DNA of 64,000 nucleotides, from positions 206,584,001-206,648,000 of the forward strand of contig OZ024742.1 in the NCBI GenBank assembly GCA_964016885.1, written 5' to 3'. The notes beneath the pieces were generated by a model, which searched no databases, was not told the origin of the DNA, and saw only the letters and a program-made list of their open reading frames with translations. Positions 39,174 through 52,466 of this stretch are shown piece by piece; the first letter of the stretch is position 1, and every line of letters starts with the position of its first letter. The position numbers and the translations under genes were made by a program. This stretch comes from Eledone cirrhosa. Its lineage: Eukaryota.

Positions 39174-42100
39174 TTACAGACACATACTCAGAGTAGGCCC
39201 ATTCACTCGGGCCATTCTTGCTTCTCTCACCCATTTTTCAACAAAATGCTGGGAAGAGAGCACTTCCCTCTCTACCCTGATTTTCCTTTTCAAATGAATT
39301 TTGAAAAAGTTAATCAGGGCATCACCGAAGAGGTAAGTGCTCGTCTTCAGCCCTTTCAAACGTGTCCACCATACTATCTCTTTCGCCATGGCCACCAGAC
39401 AGATAAAAACTGCCTGCCCTTACCGGCTGAAGGAAGAGGGTGGGGAAATCCTCACGATGGACTCAGCTGATAGCTGGATCCGTCCCACACGCGGCAGCAG
39501 GTGTTCGACATAAACCCACACGTCAGCAATGCTCGGACACTGGACGAGTGCGTGCAGGACGGTTTCGTCGCCCTGCGCGCATCTCGGACATGCCCGGCTG
39601 ACGGCACCTCCATGCCTGTAGAGTTTATCCCGAACTGGCAAGGCTCCCCGGTAGCACTGCCAGGCCAGGGATTTCTGGAAGTTGTCCATAGGCCCCGGCC
39701 CGAAAGTTCTTCCGAAGAGATTGGCTAGTTGATTTTCGTCGACGCCTAGAGTTTCCCCAAGTACCTCGTCGCTCTTACCCTCCACTAATCCTCTATAGAA
39801 TGCCGAGGTGGAGTTTCCACCGATCACATTGCCCGATTGGTCGAGGGCTGTGAGCGCCTGAAGACATTCCAGTCTCCAAGCGCTCCCTCTCGGTCTTCGC
39901 TTGACCCAGGAATGCAGCTCCGTCAAGGAAACGAGCTGGGGAAAGACGTGTCTAGCAAACGGCGACCACACCTGATCACTGTCGAGAAAGAGGTCGAGAT
40001 GCCGTAGCCTGAGCGCGTGTCTGCGCATCATCAGCCACGGCAAGCCCAGCCCTCCACGTAGCGGGTGTTGACAGCAGATGGACCGCCTGACCAACGGAGC
40101 GCGTCCCTTCCACAAAAAGCGAAAGAGCAAACGCTCCAGCGCAGTCAGGCGGGGCTTAGGACAAGGTACGACGGTCAGGCGGTAGCAGATGACAGACGCG
40201 ATGTACGCGTTAGCCACCTCCGCTCGACCTTTCAGGGATAGCTTCCTCTCCGCCCATTTCTGGGTGAGAGAAGCCACCCTGCTCGTCACCTCGTCCCAGT
40301 TTTTGTCCGTCTGGAGGTCCGGACCGAACCAGACCCCTAGCAATTTAACCGGTCCGTCCGTCCATCGTCCGACGACGCTGTTGGACGGCATGGACCTGCC
40401 TCTCCAGGTGCCGAGCTGCAGGCCCACTGACTTTTCCTGGTTGATCATTGCTCCTGTCACCGCTTCGTATTCTCTTAGTGTAGTGCCGATCGCCTCGATG
40501 TGTTTGGCGTTCGACACCACTACGGTGACATCGTCCGCATATGCTGACACAGATCTTCCACATCCTAGTTCGCGTGGGACGCCCCTCAACGTCTCAAGTT
40601 TGTGCAGTAATGGCTCGAGAATCAATACGTACAAGAGGGACGAGAGAGGACATCCTTGGCGGACCGAGCGCATGATGTTGAACGGTTCCGAAAGGTGACC
40701 GTTCACTCTCACCACAGAGCAGATGTCGCTGTGCATGGCAGCGATCCAGCCTCTGGAGACGGGCCCAAAGCCAGCCGCCCTCAGGACTGCCGCTAGGTAA
40801 CGATGGTCGACCCTATCGAAAGCTTTCGACTGATATAAATTGATCAAGGACTCACCCGTGCCAGGTTCCCTAGCTACCCTCTCTACGATGTATCGCATGA
40901 GGTGGAGGTTGTCATGGATGGATCAGTCGGGAATGGCGCATGTCTGCGCTTCTCCCACCAGACCACCAACGACAAGCGCTAACCTCTTTGCTAGCACCTT
41001 GGCCAAAATCTTGAACTCTGTGTTTAGCAGAGTTATTTGCCTGAAATTATCTATGTTATCCCCCTTGTTCGGATCCCCCTCGCCACAGCTCCTCGGCTCA
41101 CAGAGCTGGGAATTCTCCCGTTCTGTTGCCAGTTGCAGTAGACATCCGCCAAGAGGCCTCCGAACAAGTCTGACATTTGTACGTAAAGTTCATAGGGCAG
41201 ACCATCCAAACCATGCTATTTACCCCTTGAGCAGCCAGTCATTGCCTCCCGTACTTCAGCGGCTGTTATCGGCTTTTCGCAACACTCCGCCTCAGTGGCC
41301 GAGAGCTGCGGCAGTCCGTCGAGGTAGACACTAAAGTCCATCCCTCGATCCGGCCCGCCGCTGCCCCCGAACAGTTGAGCGAAGTGTCGCTGAACAGCTT
41401 CACACATTTTCCCGGGATCGAGTAACATGCGCCCATCGTGGTCCACCAAAGACCGGATCGTGGCTTTGTTGCCACGACGAGCCCCCGCCTCTCGGGCCCA
41501 TTGAACGGCTTTCGTCCCCTCGTGTCTGAGAGCACGCACCCTAGCTCTGACAACGCAGCCTTCGTGCTTTGCATTGAAGAATTGGTCAAGGGCCAATTTC
41601 GCCGCAAGTTCGTCGGTCGCGATGCCTTTGCTAAGGGCCTCGTCTAATTTTCTAACTAGTTCTCCCTCTGCTCTATTTTTCTCTATAGCTAAAGCCTTAC
41701 TAAACCTAATGGACTCTATTCTAATCGCTCTTTTCAGAGCAAACCACCACTTGTTGTTGACGATGGCCCCCGTCAACGCTCGCTTAACTAGTTCGCTAAT
41801 CCGGTCTCTGTAGGCCTTGCGCGCTGGTAAGGACGCGTTTAACTTCCAGTAGCCGGGTCCTCGTCTATGAAGCCTATCTAAGTCAAGCACACAGATCACG
41901 AATTTGTGGTCCGTGTAGCTGACTATCTTGAATTGTGGACACCTTATGCTAGACCCATCTATTTCCCTACAAAATACTCTATCTAGATATGATCTGCATG
42001 ACCCGATACGATTTGTCCAAGTCCACATTGGCACATTCGAGAAATCCAATCGGTACCTGTCAGACAGTTCAAAACGCCTGAGCAGGTTGGTGAGGCTCTT

Positions 42101-42584
42101 GCACCCTCCTCTCCTATCCGCTAATCCACACAGTCCCAGCGTGCATCTAAGATCCTGTTCCAGTCGCCCACTAACACTAAAGAGCGGGACGTTCCTAGAA
42201 ATGTCTCCAGATGCCGGAAGAAATCAGGCCACCCTGCTCCTGTCGGGGCATAGACGGCCACTAGCCTGAAAGCTTGCCCTTCTCTGCTGGTCACGTCCAG
42301 CACCACCAACTTACCTTCTGGATTCAGGAAGATGGCCCGTATGGCGAGATCCAAACCTCTCCGAAAAAGCACAGCAACTCCACCCCCGATCCAGGACGGT
42401 TGGGAGATGCGTACACATCGTAGCCGCCGAAGATCGGTGCGAAGGCCCGTGCTTCGAAGATTCTGGTCTCGCTGATGGCCACTACATCTATGTTTAGTGA
42501 CCTGAGGTCGTTGAGCAGGTGGCCCTGCTTCCATGACGACCCCAAGCCACGCGCATGTATGCTGCCTATTCTGAGTGAGGTCAT
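39174..42584 (-). pseudogene. Tx1 ORF2 (APE endonuclease plus RT), broken into five or more frames
   Basis: ORFs 42324-42584, 42121-42618, 41216-42049, 39420-40898 and 39174-39395 tile the domain order. Confidence 0.9.
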
Positions 42585-42618
42585 GTTGAAATGGAGTGGA
42601 AAAGATGGGAAAGACCAC

Positions 42619-44749
42619 TTACCTTACTTCTTCTCGCAGAGGAAAGGTGGTTTTACCATCCATTTTCACTTGATCGTCTGGTGAAGGGACCGTTGAATCG
42701 CCCCTTCGGCTGGTCGTCGGCTCTTCTGTGAGTATATCCGAATATACCCTCCGGTTGAGTGTCCCTCCTAGGTCTCTGAAATCACCAACTGCGTTGGGGA
42801 TTTTCGTTTTAATGTTTGTGTATTGTTTCTGTGCTATTTTTACCAGTCTTATGTTCGTTGGTGTTTTGATTGGTGCTGGTATTATGTAGTCGTGCTGTGA
42901 AATGTCTGTGTGATCAATTATGTAAGTCATTAATTTCTTGTTGTGTGTATTTATTGCCGTGCATTTGTTTTTCTGGGGGTGGGTGTGGTTCTGCTATTTT
43001 CTTGTCGTTGTTGCTGGGTGTGTGTGTTTTGTTGTGTTTGCAATGTTGGTGCTTGTGGTGGTGGTGTTGAAGGTGTTGTTGTTGTTGGCGGTGGGGTTGC
43101 CGCCGGTGGTGATGGTGGTGCTAGCATTGGTGTTGGTGGTGTTGCTGCTGTAAATCTTTTTGCAGTAGCCTTTACCCTTTTTTCGTTTCTTTCCTCCCTT
43201 TTCGAAGGCGACGATGCGCTGCTTCTGCGTTTGTGCCTTCTGCGGCCTTTTGCCATCCCTCTCCCACCTCACACTCCATGCCCGATGCTGTGAGGTCGGG
43301 GAGGGGTACCAGCTCCACTCTTTCACTTGTTCTTGTTGGTGATGTTTGCAGTGGAGTCTCTGTTGCAGCTGCAGTTGGTATTGCTGTTGTTGTTGTTGTT
43401 AATACTTACACGGACCTATCCTTCCTGGTTGCCGCCTGTCCTGTTGCTGGTAGCAGTGGAGCCGGTTTCGGAAGGAGGGGGGTTTTCTCCTTTCTCAGGG
43501 TGTTCTCATTGCAGAAGGCCCTGAGGTGAGTCTTCGATCCCCAGCGAAAGCATTTCGGGCGTTTGCCCTCAACACTTATGTGCAGTTGAGTGCCGTTATC
43601 GAAGTCTATCACATCCGGGATAGCTTCGATGCACTCCTGGTTGGTTTGGATTAACATCTCAATGGAGGTGCCGACCCAATCTTCTCGTACTTTTTTCTGT
43701 ACTTGCAGTTCAGTTGTTTTGTCCTCGATTCCGACGAGGACAGACGCGGCCAGCCAAGAAGGGGCCATCCCGGGGGAGACGTGGGTCAGTTTGACCCTCA
43801 CAATATTTTGTCCGCTGTAGGAGGGCACCAACACCATTTCCTCACTCCTTAGGGTCACTAAGGATTGAGCCTTTGCCTCCTGGGGTGTGGCAAAAAGCAC
43901 GTCCACGATGGCATATTTCTTGCCTCGGGTGATATGCGTTTTCCGCTGCCACACAGACCCTAAGGCTTTTTGTATTTGAGCCTCTGTGGCCCTTTCAACC
44001 CTACGGGATTTTGTGCTTACTGTACGGTACGTGAACGTACAGTGCTGTTGGGTTTCGAAAAATGTTTCGGCTGCCTTACAGATTGCTCGGTGTCCGGTTT
44101 TCGTCACCATCTTCTTTGCTTCCTGTAATTCCTCATTTGTTATAAGGATGGTTTCCAGGTTCTTTGCGATACCTGCAAACGAGATTGGTTTTTCTTTGTT
44201 GTTGTTGTCGTTGTCGTCGTCAGAGCTGCTGTTACTTTTGTTGTTGCTGCTGGTACTACGACTGCCGCCGCTGCTGTTGCTGTGGTTGTTGTTGTTGTTG
44301 TTGCTGCTGCTGCGGCTGTTGTTGTTGCTGTTGCTGCTAATGCTGTTGTTGTTTATGCTGCTGCTTATGCTGCTGCGGCTGCTACTGTTGTTTTCCATGT
44401 CACTGTTGCTGCTGCTGCTTCTGTTATTACGGCTGCTACTGCTATTATTCCTGACGTCAGACGAATGAAATGGGTTTTCGTATTTACCGCACACCTTTTT
44501 CGTCGTTGTTGTCGTCGTGGAGAAATGTTCCACGTTTTGCACGTGATTTTGGAAACTATTTTTCTTTACTGGCATCGCTTGCGAAAGAGAAGGGAGGGAG
44601 AGAGACACATTTAGAGAAGGGGGAGGAGACAATCTTCTCTCTGGCGTAGTGACGATTGAGGAAGAAGAAGACGGAATGAGTGGGAGTGACTTGTGAAAAT
44701 TCTTTTTTGTAGCCATGTTTTTTTTTGGTTTAAAATAAATATTGGTCAC
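42619..44749 (-). pseudogene. Tx1 ORF1 (gag-like), frameshifted near 43400
   Basis: 447-aa ORF with Ser/Asn tract, SFA motif and a decayed zinc knuckle CFRWGSKTHLRAFC. Thr/Asn-rich continuation to 42619. Confidence 0.75.
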
Positions 44750-44931
44750 AAAACGCCAATAAGCGGTTATTTAACCCCGAAGGGCCAAATAACGGGCAGA
44801 AAGACACCTCTCACGAGGAGGAGGGTGTTTTTGTCTACAATTTGGTTAAAGTTTTAAACAATTTACAATTGTTATAGCGGTTAAAATTTACAATTCCTTA
44901 CAGAGCCGAGCCTCCGTCAACCATGGCATTC

Positions 44932-44968
<37 letters not shown>

Positions 44969-44979
44969 GTAATAATAAT

Positions 44980-45170
44980 AATTGTTTCTACTTTTGGCAC
45001 AAGGCCAGCAATTACCCAGAGTATTACTGCTACTTTATTTTATCGACCCCTTAAGGATGAAAGGCAAAGTTAACATCAGCGGGATTTGAACTCAGAATGG
45101 CAAGGGCCATAACTATGCGTCAAAGCATGGCGTACGATCTTCTACCGATACTGCCAATTCACCGCCCTTA
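44980..45170 (-). mobile_element. Family-1 SINE inside (TAA)n
   Basis: A box tggcagtatcggtag, B box gagttcaaatcc, (ATT)n tail. Confidence 0.85.
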
Positions 45171-45171
45171 C

Positions 45172-45231
<60 letters not shown>

Positions 45232-45233
<2 letters not shown>

Positions 45234-46000
45234 CACAGACATGGAACTGGTTAAAAAGAGGAGACCTTAAAAAATTTACAGAAGGAATGCTAATGGCTGC
45301 GCAAGAGCAAGCCCTCAGAACGAAGTGGGTGAAACACCATATTGACAAAGAGGAGGCTAGCTCACTGTGTAGGATCTGTGGAGAGAGAGGAGATTGTGGC
45401 TCACATTGTACTCGAGTGTAAACACCTAGCCCAGACTTACTATAAAGCCTGGAGATATGATGTGATAGGCAGGGTGATCCACTGGAATCTAAGCAAAGTA
45501 AACAATTTAGCACATGCTGAGAAGTGGTATGAGCATAAGCCAGAGTCGGTGATAGAAAACGATTAGGTGAAGGTGCTATGGGATTTTAGGATACAGACGA
45601 ACAAGAAATTAGAACACAATGGGCCTGACAAGGAAAAAAGATTGTGCCTGATTGTAGATGTAGCCTGCCCATTTGACACGAGAGTGCAAGAAAAGGAGAA
45701 GGAGAAAATTAACCAAGACCAGGATTTAAAGTGGGAGGTAAAAAGGATTTGGAACTGCCATGAAATCTAGGTCGGCCTGATTGTCATAGGCGCACTAGGT
45801 ACTATCTCAAAGAGTTTCAAGGGATAGTTAAAGAAGATTAGTCCAGCCCCGCTTTTTGTAACACTTCAAAAGGCATGCTTGCTGGGAACAGCAAGAACCC
45901 TCCGATACGTCCTGAATGTCTGAGGCTGCAGGTAGCGGCTTGATATTCATTTCAACAAACTTTCCAGTTAAATAACATCAATGACTGAGACTCAAAGAAC
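45232..46000 (+). mobile_element. Second R4/Dong-like RLE element 3' fragment, decayed
   Basis: WNWLKRGDLKKFTEGMLMAAQEQALRT, HIVLEC, WYEHKP, LWDFRIQT, PD..IVDVACPFD. (TAA)n flanks. Confidence 0.85.
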
Positions 46001-46057
46001 AATAATAATAATTAGTATAACCAAAATTGCAGCTGCGAGTAGCAGATTCACAACCGA

Positions 46058-46120
46058 TTTTTGTACGCTTTCACAAAGCACTCAATGAGAGAATAATCAA
46101 TAAATTACTCCTCAGAGTAA
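46058..46120 (-). ncRNA. Hammerhead-like motif
   Basis: Minus strand CTGAGGA...GAAAgcgTA; helices weak. Confidence 0.35.
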
Positions 46121-48094
46121 TCAACATAAGTTAGGTATGTTGCCACCTTAATACTACAACAACGAAAAATACAGACAGATTAATGATGAACCTGGACCTG
46201 ATCGATAGTATATTAGATATTAATCGATAAATATCTTCGATAGGTTTCTGGGAATCCAGAAGCTTCACTCCAAGTTGCGTAATGTATATGCAAGTCAATA
46301 ATGTATCCCAAGATGAAACGAGGATTTCCCTTTGTCAACAAGTCTGTCATTCCAGTATCCACTTTCCACGGCTTAAGAGACAACATTGCCTTACGACCGT
46401 AGTGGTAAATTTGGGAGTGAGGTCACGTGTTCTTTCTCAAAAAAAAGAAGTTCACATCCGGGTTTTGGCAGGTACATTCAAAAGCGTGAACAAAGGAATT
46501 TATTCACAGCCTCGAAGTAAGCTCTCATCTAGGTTTTCAAACAAACAATAAACAATCAATTAATCAATTAATTAATATATATATATATATATACATAAAT
46601 ATAGAACTATTTCAAATAAAGCTTAGAATTGACCCAAAGGAAGATCGCAGTAAAGTACTTTAAAAGCGTCTCACCCCAGAGGTAAACTTCTTATCAAGCA
46701 ACCTAAATCCAGAGGGCTTAAAAAATTTGTTAAGCCCTGGCCCTGTAGATTTTTATAAGAGCCATTTGTTACAAATGATATATTAATAATGAAATATTTA
46801 TAATTTTAGTAAATCACTCCAAATCTTTCATTAATCAATTGAAATCTAGCACATGTCATTTAAAATATGGTAATGAAAGAGTTAAACAGAGCAGAGTTAT
46901 AGAAGGGAAAAAATGTTTAAAGAGCCTGATGGGAAGATTTACATTGAGAAATGACTTTACCAAATTTACTCTATCAGTGAGGGATAATCAGTAGAACTGA
47001 TATGTTAGAGTCTGCCCCCTTCCTTGACACACTAAAATGCACTCCTTTCATTGTTTACATAATTTCATAAAAATCTGGTGAATTTTATAGTCTACATCTT
47101 ATCTTTGCGGTAAGGTTATATGTTATGTTTAAACTCTTTGTTGTGGGGCCTCAAGTCAGCTCTGATAGAGCAGAACTGTAATCAAAAACATTACAGCCAA
47201 AACCTCACGTTTTGTATTTTTTGTTTTCTTTCCAGACATTATAACCCATTATCCAAACTGTCTTTCCTTTTCCCCACAACATGGTCGAATGATTAAGATG
47301 TTTGCTTCATGAAAATAAGACTATGGGTTCAGTCCCACAATATGGAAAAGTGTAATTTACCATAGTTTTGAGTGGGCTCAGGACTTGGGAGTGAATTTAT
47401 ATAGACATAAATTGTGTAACTAAAGATCGAGCTTATTACACACTATGTCATGGTGATTCTGACTAGAGTGTTACATTGAGTGTACATTTTAATTCAATAA
47501 ATAGGTAGTTCAGTTTATGAAACAACTAAATACTTATAGTTGAAACCAATAGAGATCCAGTTTTCTTTTTATTCTCTAAAGTCCCAAACAATGTATGAAG
47601 CGACTTAGTGTAAGGGACTATGAAGAAGGAGAATTTACTTTAGACTTGAAAAAGTTCAAGTCATAAGAAGGAGGTAAACAATGAGATGGAAGAGAGTTCC
47701 AAAGTCTGGCAATTGAAGGAAAAAAGATCCAACTGTAGAAAGACTTAGGTTATGGTTTGAGAGAAATGGTGTTTTTATTTCTAACAGCATCAGGGACCAC
47801 TTTGACTTTTTTAAACTCATATTTTGGCTACTCAATTTGTCTCAACAACACAATTCAATCATTTTGTGTATTTTGTGCTGATTTTGTAAGGTGGTTGTGC
47901 TGAGATCAATTTGGTTTTTACCCTTTCGAGGATGATGAATAAAGTTACCAGTCCTGAAGTTTGGTGGAACCATTAAAAAGTAACAGGATGCTTTGCAATA
48001 TCAGATCCCACCTTTTTCTATCAGAAGTTGCAACTTGCAGATAGTATCAGCAATGGAAAGACCAATGGAAACAGATTCTTTGGTCTAATCAGTT

Positions 48095-48530
48095 TCTTTC
48101 CAATCTTCACAGGTCCTCAGCACACAGTGCCCAGGTCTCACTGCTGTGCAACATTGTTGTCCGTATACATGCATCATACGGTTTGCCTTTCATTTTGAGG
48201 GATGAACCTTTTGTAGTTAGTAACGGTAGTAGCTACCTGAATTTTCTCCAACCCAATCTCACTCTGGTTACCGTGCTTTCAGAACACCTTCCCCCAACTA
48301 CCCAGGCAACAGAAACTATCTACCAGCTTTAACGAGCTCTCTGAGCATTTGAAGGTGATTGTATCTTGAGGGTTCTTGCTACTTACTGCCCCTGTGCACT
48401 GTCCACAAGTAAAACCTACATTGTTTGTTAGCCTGTCTGAGATCCCACTACGTCTCTTGTGTACCCATTGTTTACATTCGGCACATAGAATGGAATTTCT
48501 ACCTGCCCAATTCTATGTACCAAATGGAAA
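48095..48530 (-). mobile_element. Older RTE LINE fragment
   Basis: Diverged homolog of 61090-61520 (RVRLGWRKFR and LHSSETWAL regions). Confidence 0.7.
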
Positions 48531-48554
48531 CATATACATATATATATATATAGA

Positions 48555-49290
48555 ACAAGCTTATCCTGATGTTTAACATGATTGATGGAATTACGAAGGC
48601 TATTATAAAAATCGTCTTTATCCTGCTTGGAATTCGTCAATGTAAGAGCATAACAGCTCATCAACGTGACACTTTAGCTATCGTGGAGTTCAAGCGTGAG
48701 AGTCATAATTCGATCAGAAACACTCTTGGGTAGGGAAGGCAAAGACTTTGCTATTTCGGTTTGATCGCAAAACCAACACCAGACAGTCTGTGCTCTTCTT
48801 CGCTTTTCCCTGACCAGAAAACTTGATACGCCCTTTCACTTCTTCCAACTGTGCCGACCCAGCAAGATGAGTTTCACTGAGTGCTCAAATGTCAATATTG
48901 CATTTTTGCAATTCCAATGCGACAAGGGCCATTTTCTGTTCCAGTTCTAAGTCATTATCTTGGAGTGTGCGGACATTCCAGATCCGAGATTGAGTTTTCT
49001 TTCTGAAAGTATTGGGACTGCATTCTGGATAACCAGAGAGCTGCAGTAGGCTGTCGGGTATGGTGTGAACAAGCAATGTTTAGGGCTCCTTTTATCACCC
49101 CCTTCACAAGGGAAAGCAGTGTAATATCTAAAAAGACCTGCTTTGTAACTTGCTGTAGGACACGAACAGCACAATTGTTCACGAGCTTGTGCTAGAACGG
49201 CCATCACACAGCAGTCGCCATAGTGCGGAGCTCCAGCTAGAGACTTCCAGTAGTATCCTCTACCTGTCCCCGTCACTGTCACCCCATCAC
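48555..49290 (-). mobile_element. RTE LINE 5' end (APE endonuclease N-terminus)
   Basis: WNVRTL, LELQKCNIDI, ALSETH, GVGFAI, SDRIM, CYA, KDDFY motifs. Confidence 0.8.
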
Positions 49291-49348
49291 CTATATATAT
49301 ATATATGTATATATGTATATATATATATACATACATACATACATACAT

Positions 49349-49447
<99 letters not shown>

Positions 49448-49472
49448 CATATATACATATACATATATATAT

Positions 49473-50281
49473 ATTGAGGAAGGCGAGTCTGTGTGATAAC
49501 TGATAAGGAGTGTTAGAAGGTAAGGCGACACAAACAAGAGATGGACATTTTCCCTTCGTCAGCTGTTTACTATGGGTCACGGATGTTTCGGCACATTATA
49601 ATCAGAACATATATCCATAGCGCGCCCATAGCCTTTTATCAATCAAAAAGCCATGAGGGAAAGAAGCGATAGCGAAGAGAGAGAAAGAAAGAAAAAAGAG
49701 AGAAGAAAAAAAGATAAAAAGGAAAAAAAAAAAGAAGTAAACATACTGATAGAAGGGGGAACACAGGACAATGGCACATGCAAGTGAGTAACTGAAGAGA
49801 AAATACATCAAGTTAAAAAAAGCCGTTGGGTTTAAGCCCGGGACCCACAATAACAGAGGAGCTAGGTAAATCCATGTCTATTCTCAGTGAAAGTGAGCGC
49901 TGAGAGAGAGAAAGACGGAGCAACCAGAAGTGAGAGGGGGTAGAAGGCAGAGGGGGTGAGTAAGAGGGATAGAGATAATGAAAGAGGAGAACGGAAAGGG
50001 AGTTAATCCAAAAGGGTGTACGACACATGTGCAACCAGAACCAACAAACAAGTGAGATCAAGAGAGAGATCAAGATCAAGATCAAGAGAGAGAGAGAGAA
50101 AGGGAAGGAATTGATCTAAAAGAGTGGCAGGATATAAGTCCGACCAAGAATAATAAATCGAGCGAGATAGGTGGAGAGGGTGGAGCGGAGGTTGCAGCAG
50201 TAAATAGAAAAATATGGATTGAGGAAGGCGAGGCCGTGTGGTTACTGATAATGAGTGTTAGAAGGTAAGGCGACATAAAAC

Positions 50282-50285
<4 letters not shown>
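49473..50285 (-). mobile_element. Non-coding element with ~65 bp direct terminal repeats and hammerhead-like fragments
   Basis: ttgaggaaggcgag...gagtgttagaaggtaaggcgaca at 49473-49535 and 50219-50280; TA/CA microsatellite flanks. Confidence 0.5.
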
Positions 50286-50319
<34 letters not shown>

Positions 50320-50895
50320 CATATATAATAACTAGAAATTGATCAACATATAAATATACATGAATAATCACAGGAGATAATTTTTGCTCGCGTGTAACCA
50401 CGCATAGCTAGTATAGGTAATATTGACCTTTAATAGTGATTAACCTTCCTTGTATATATCCCATTAAAGAAATATATTTCACCAATTAATCAGATGGTAA
50501 GTCACGGAAAGTGGATATTATTGGATTGTCAACAAGGAAAGTGTAATAATGTCCAGCTACTCGTCCTTACAGAATGAGTTCAAATCTTCAACTAGCCGTT
50601 ACCACGTGTTGTGCCTACACAAGATAGCGGCTTCGTTTCAGTGGCGTGAATAGGTATTCGACAACTAGAAATAGCAGTCAAATTCTCTTCAACAGAAATA
50701 GCTCTACAATTAAGGAGCCGTATATATATATCTAAACCCAAAATTAAGATAAAATAAATTAAATGAATTTAATCTAAATCGAAATTATGGGTGTCATGTC
50801 ATAAAGCATGCGCCATATATCCTGGAAATTAAGCTCAAAGAATAAATATATATACATATATATATACATATATATATACATGTACATATATACAT

Positions 50896-51073
50896 AATTG
50901 TTTCTACTTTAGGCACAAGGCCAGCAATTACCCAGTGCATTACTGGTACTTTATTTTATCGACCCCGTAAGGATGAAAGGCAAAGTCAACCTCGGCGGGA
51001 TTTGAACTCAGATCGTAAAGGGACGTAACTATGCTGGAAAGCATGGCGTCCGACCCTCTACCGATACTGCCAA
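50896..51073 (-). mobile_element. Family-1 SINE
   Basis: Near-identical to 20070-20243. Confidence 0.85.
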
Positions 51074-51074
51074 A

Positions 51075-51410
51075 TGGAGGCACATGACTTAGTGGTTAGA
51101 GCATTGGCCTTGCAATCGAAAGGTTGTGAGCTTAATTCTCAGACCGGGTGATCTGTTGTTTCCTTGAGCAAGAAACTTTATTTCACATTGCTCCAGTTTA
51201 CTCAGCTGTAGAAATGAGATGATAGGGACTGCAGTCCCTATCATTCCACTGCAGTGGTCGTGGAGGTGCCACGGCAAAAAAGCACCCAGCATTCACTGTT
51301 AAATGAGGTTGGTGTTTGGAAGGGCATCCAGCTGTAGAAATCAAGCCAGAATCAGTTCTCGTCCCACCCTTGCAAGCAGGGAAAAGCGGACGTAAAATGA
51401 TGATGAAAAT
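51075..51410 (+). mobile_element. Family-2 SINE
   Basis: Near-identical to 27072-27416. Confidence 0.85.
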
Positions 51411-51449
51411 GATATATATAAAAAAGTCTAAAGTCTGTCTTAAGCCAGA

Positions 51450-51706
51450 AGGATCATTTGGCCGGTGCTTATCCTGGTTTCATGGCGTGAAGCGACTGAG
51501 AGTACAAGACTCCCCCGTGGACAGGACGCCAGTCCATGCAGGGTTAAACCTCCAGCTATTGCTGGTACTCATTTCCATCTGAGTATACTGGAGCAACGTG
51601 AAATGAAGTGTTTTGCTCAAGAACACAACACGCAACCCAGGAATCGAACCCACGACATTATGATCGTAAGTCCAACACTCTTACCACTAGGCCACGTGCC
51701 TCCACA
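51450..51706 (-). mobile_element. tRNA-derived SINE related to family 2, different 3' part
   Basis: Minus strand tggaggcacgtggcctagtggtaagag...gggttcgattcc...ttcttgagcaaaacacttcatttcac. Confidence 0.75.
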
Positions 51707-51814
51707 ATGCCATCATCACACCGCTTTACGTCCGTTCTTCCATTCTAGCATGGGTTAGATGGGTTGCCCTGTTGTGGGCTGTGTCCAGTCGTCTGACCTT
51801 GTCTTGCTCAATCC

Positions 51815-52345
51815 ATATTTTTATCCCACTAAATTACCTTTTAATAAAAGAGTTTGTATACCACAACAAATAGATGACGAAAGAGAGGCACAGTTTACCA
51901 TAGCTAGAAATAAACTTAGATATGTAGTAGACCAAAATACTAAGAGACAAAACAGACCAGAAATTCAACAACTTGGAAGAAAACCTGTAGAAGTCCTACT
52001 TGGCCTCATGCAGCGCACAAGGGATGGTGAGGTAATGTGTCTACCCACAGATAAATCTGGTAGGATGTCAATAGACAGCATGCCGAACTATATCAAGGCT
52101 ATGCAACACCACATCATCAACACGAGCGAAACAACACAACAAACACATGAAGAGAGAGAAAAGATCCTCAATGCTCACATGATGATGTGGACCGACATCC
52201 TAAAGCCAAGTAGATGCACAGTCAATAATTTCCAAGTGTCTAACAACGACATATCACCCTTATATGGACTCCGCAAAGACCATAAAACAACCAACAATCC
52301 AACGGCAGGACCACCAACAAGACCTGTATGTTGAGCCAATATAGC
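51815..52345 (+). mobile_element. Internal fragment of PLE family B
   Basis: ORF 51759-52334 matches 16464-17000 (YPTKLPFNKRVC, PTDKSGRMS, PPTRPVC). Confidence 0.9.
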
Positions 52346-52466
52346 TGTTTGTATATTTTCTCCGTTATTTTATTTTATTTCTTATCTTTATTTTATTATA
52401 TTTCAGCCTCGCTTTCAATTGTAATAGCCTTTGTTTTTAAATTCGTATCTTACCTCCATATTAAAT

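Larger units (their letters stand above)
38921..44931 (-). mobile_element. Full-length ~6 kb L1/Tx1 LINE (ORF1 plus ORF2), frameshifted
   Basis: 5' UTR of about 180 bp; ORF1 from 44749; ORF2 from 42584 with APE (GSIHARGL, ISET, VYAP, GDWN, TDH), RT and zinc knuckle; AATAAA. (AAT)n on both flanks. Confidence 0.93.

Noticed and set aside
46650-46700. Hammerhead-like TTGATAA...GAGAcgc on the minus strand
   Set aside because: GAAA is altered and the helices are poor; kept only as weak support for the U3:A8 finding.
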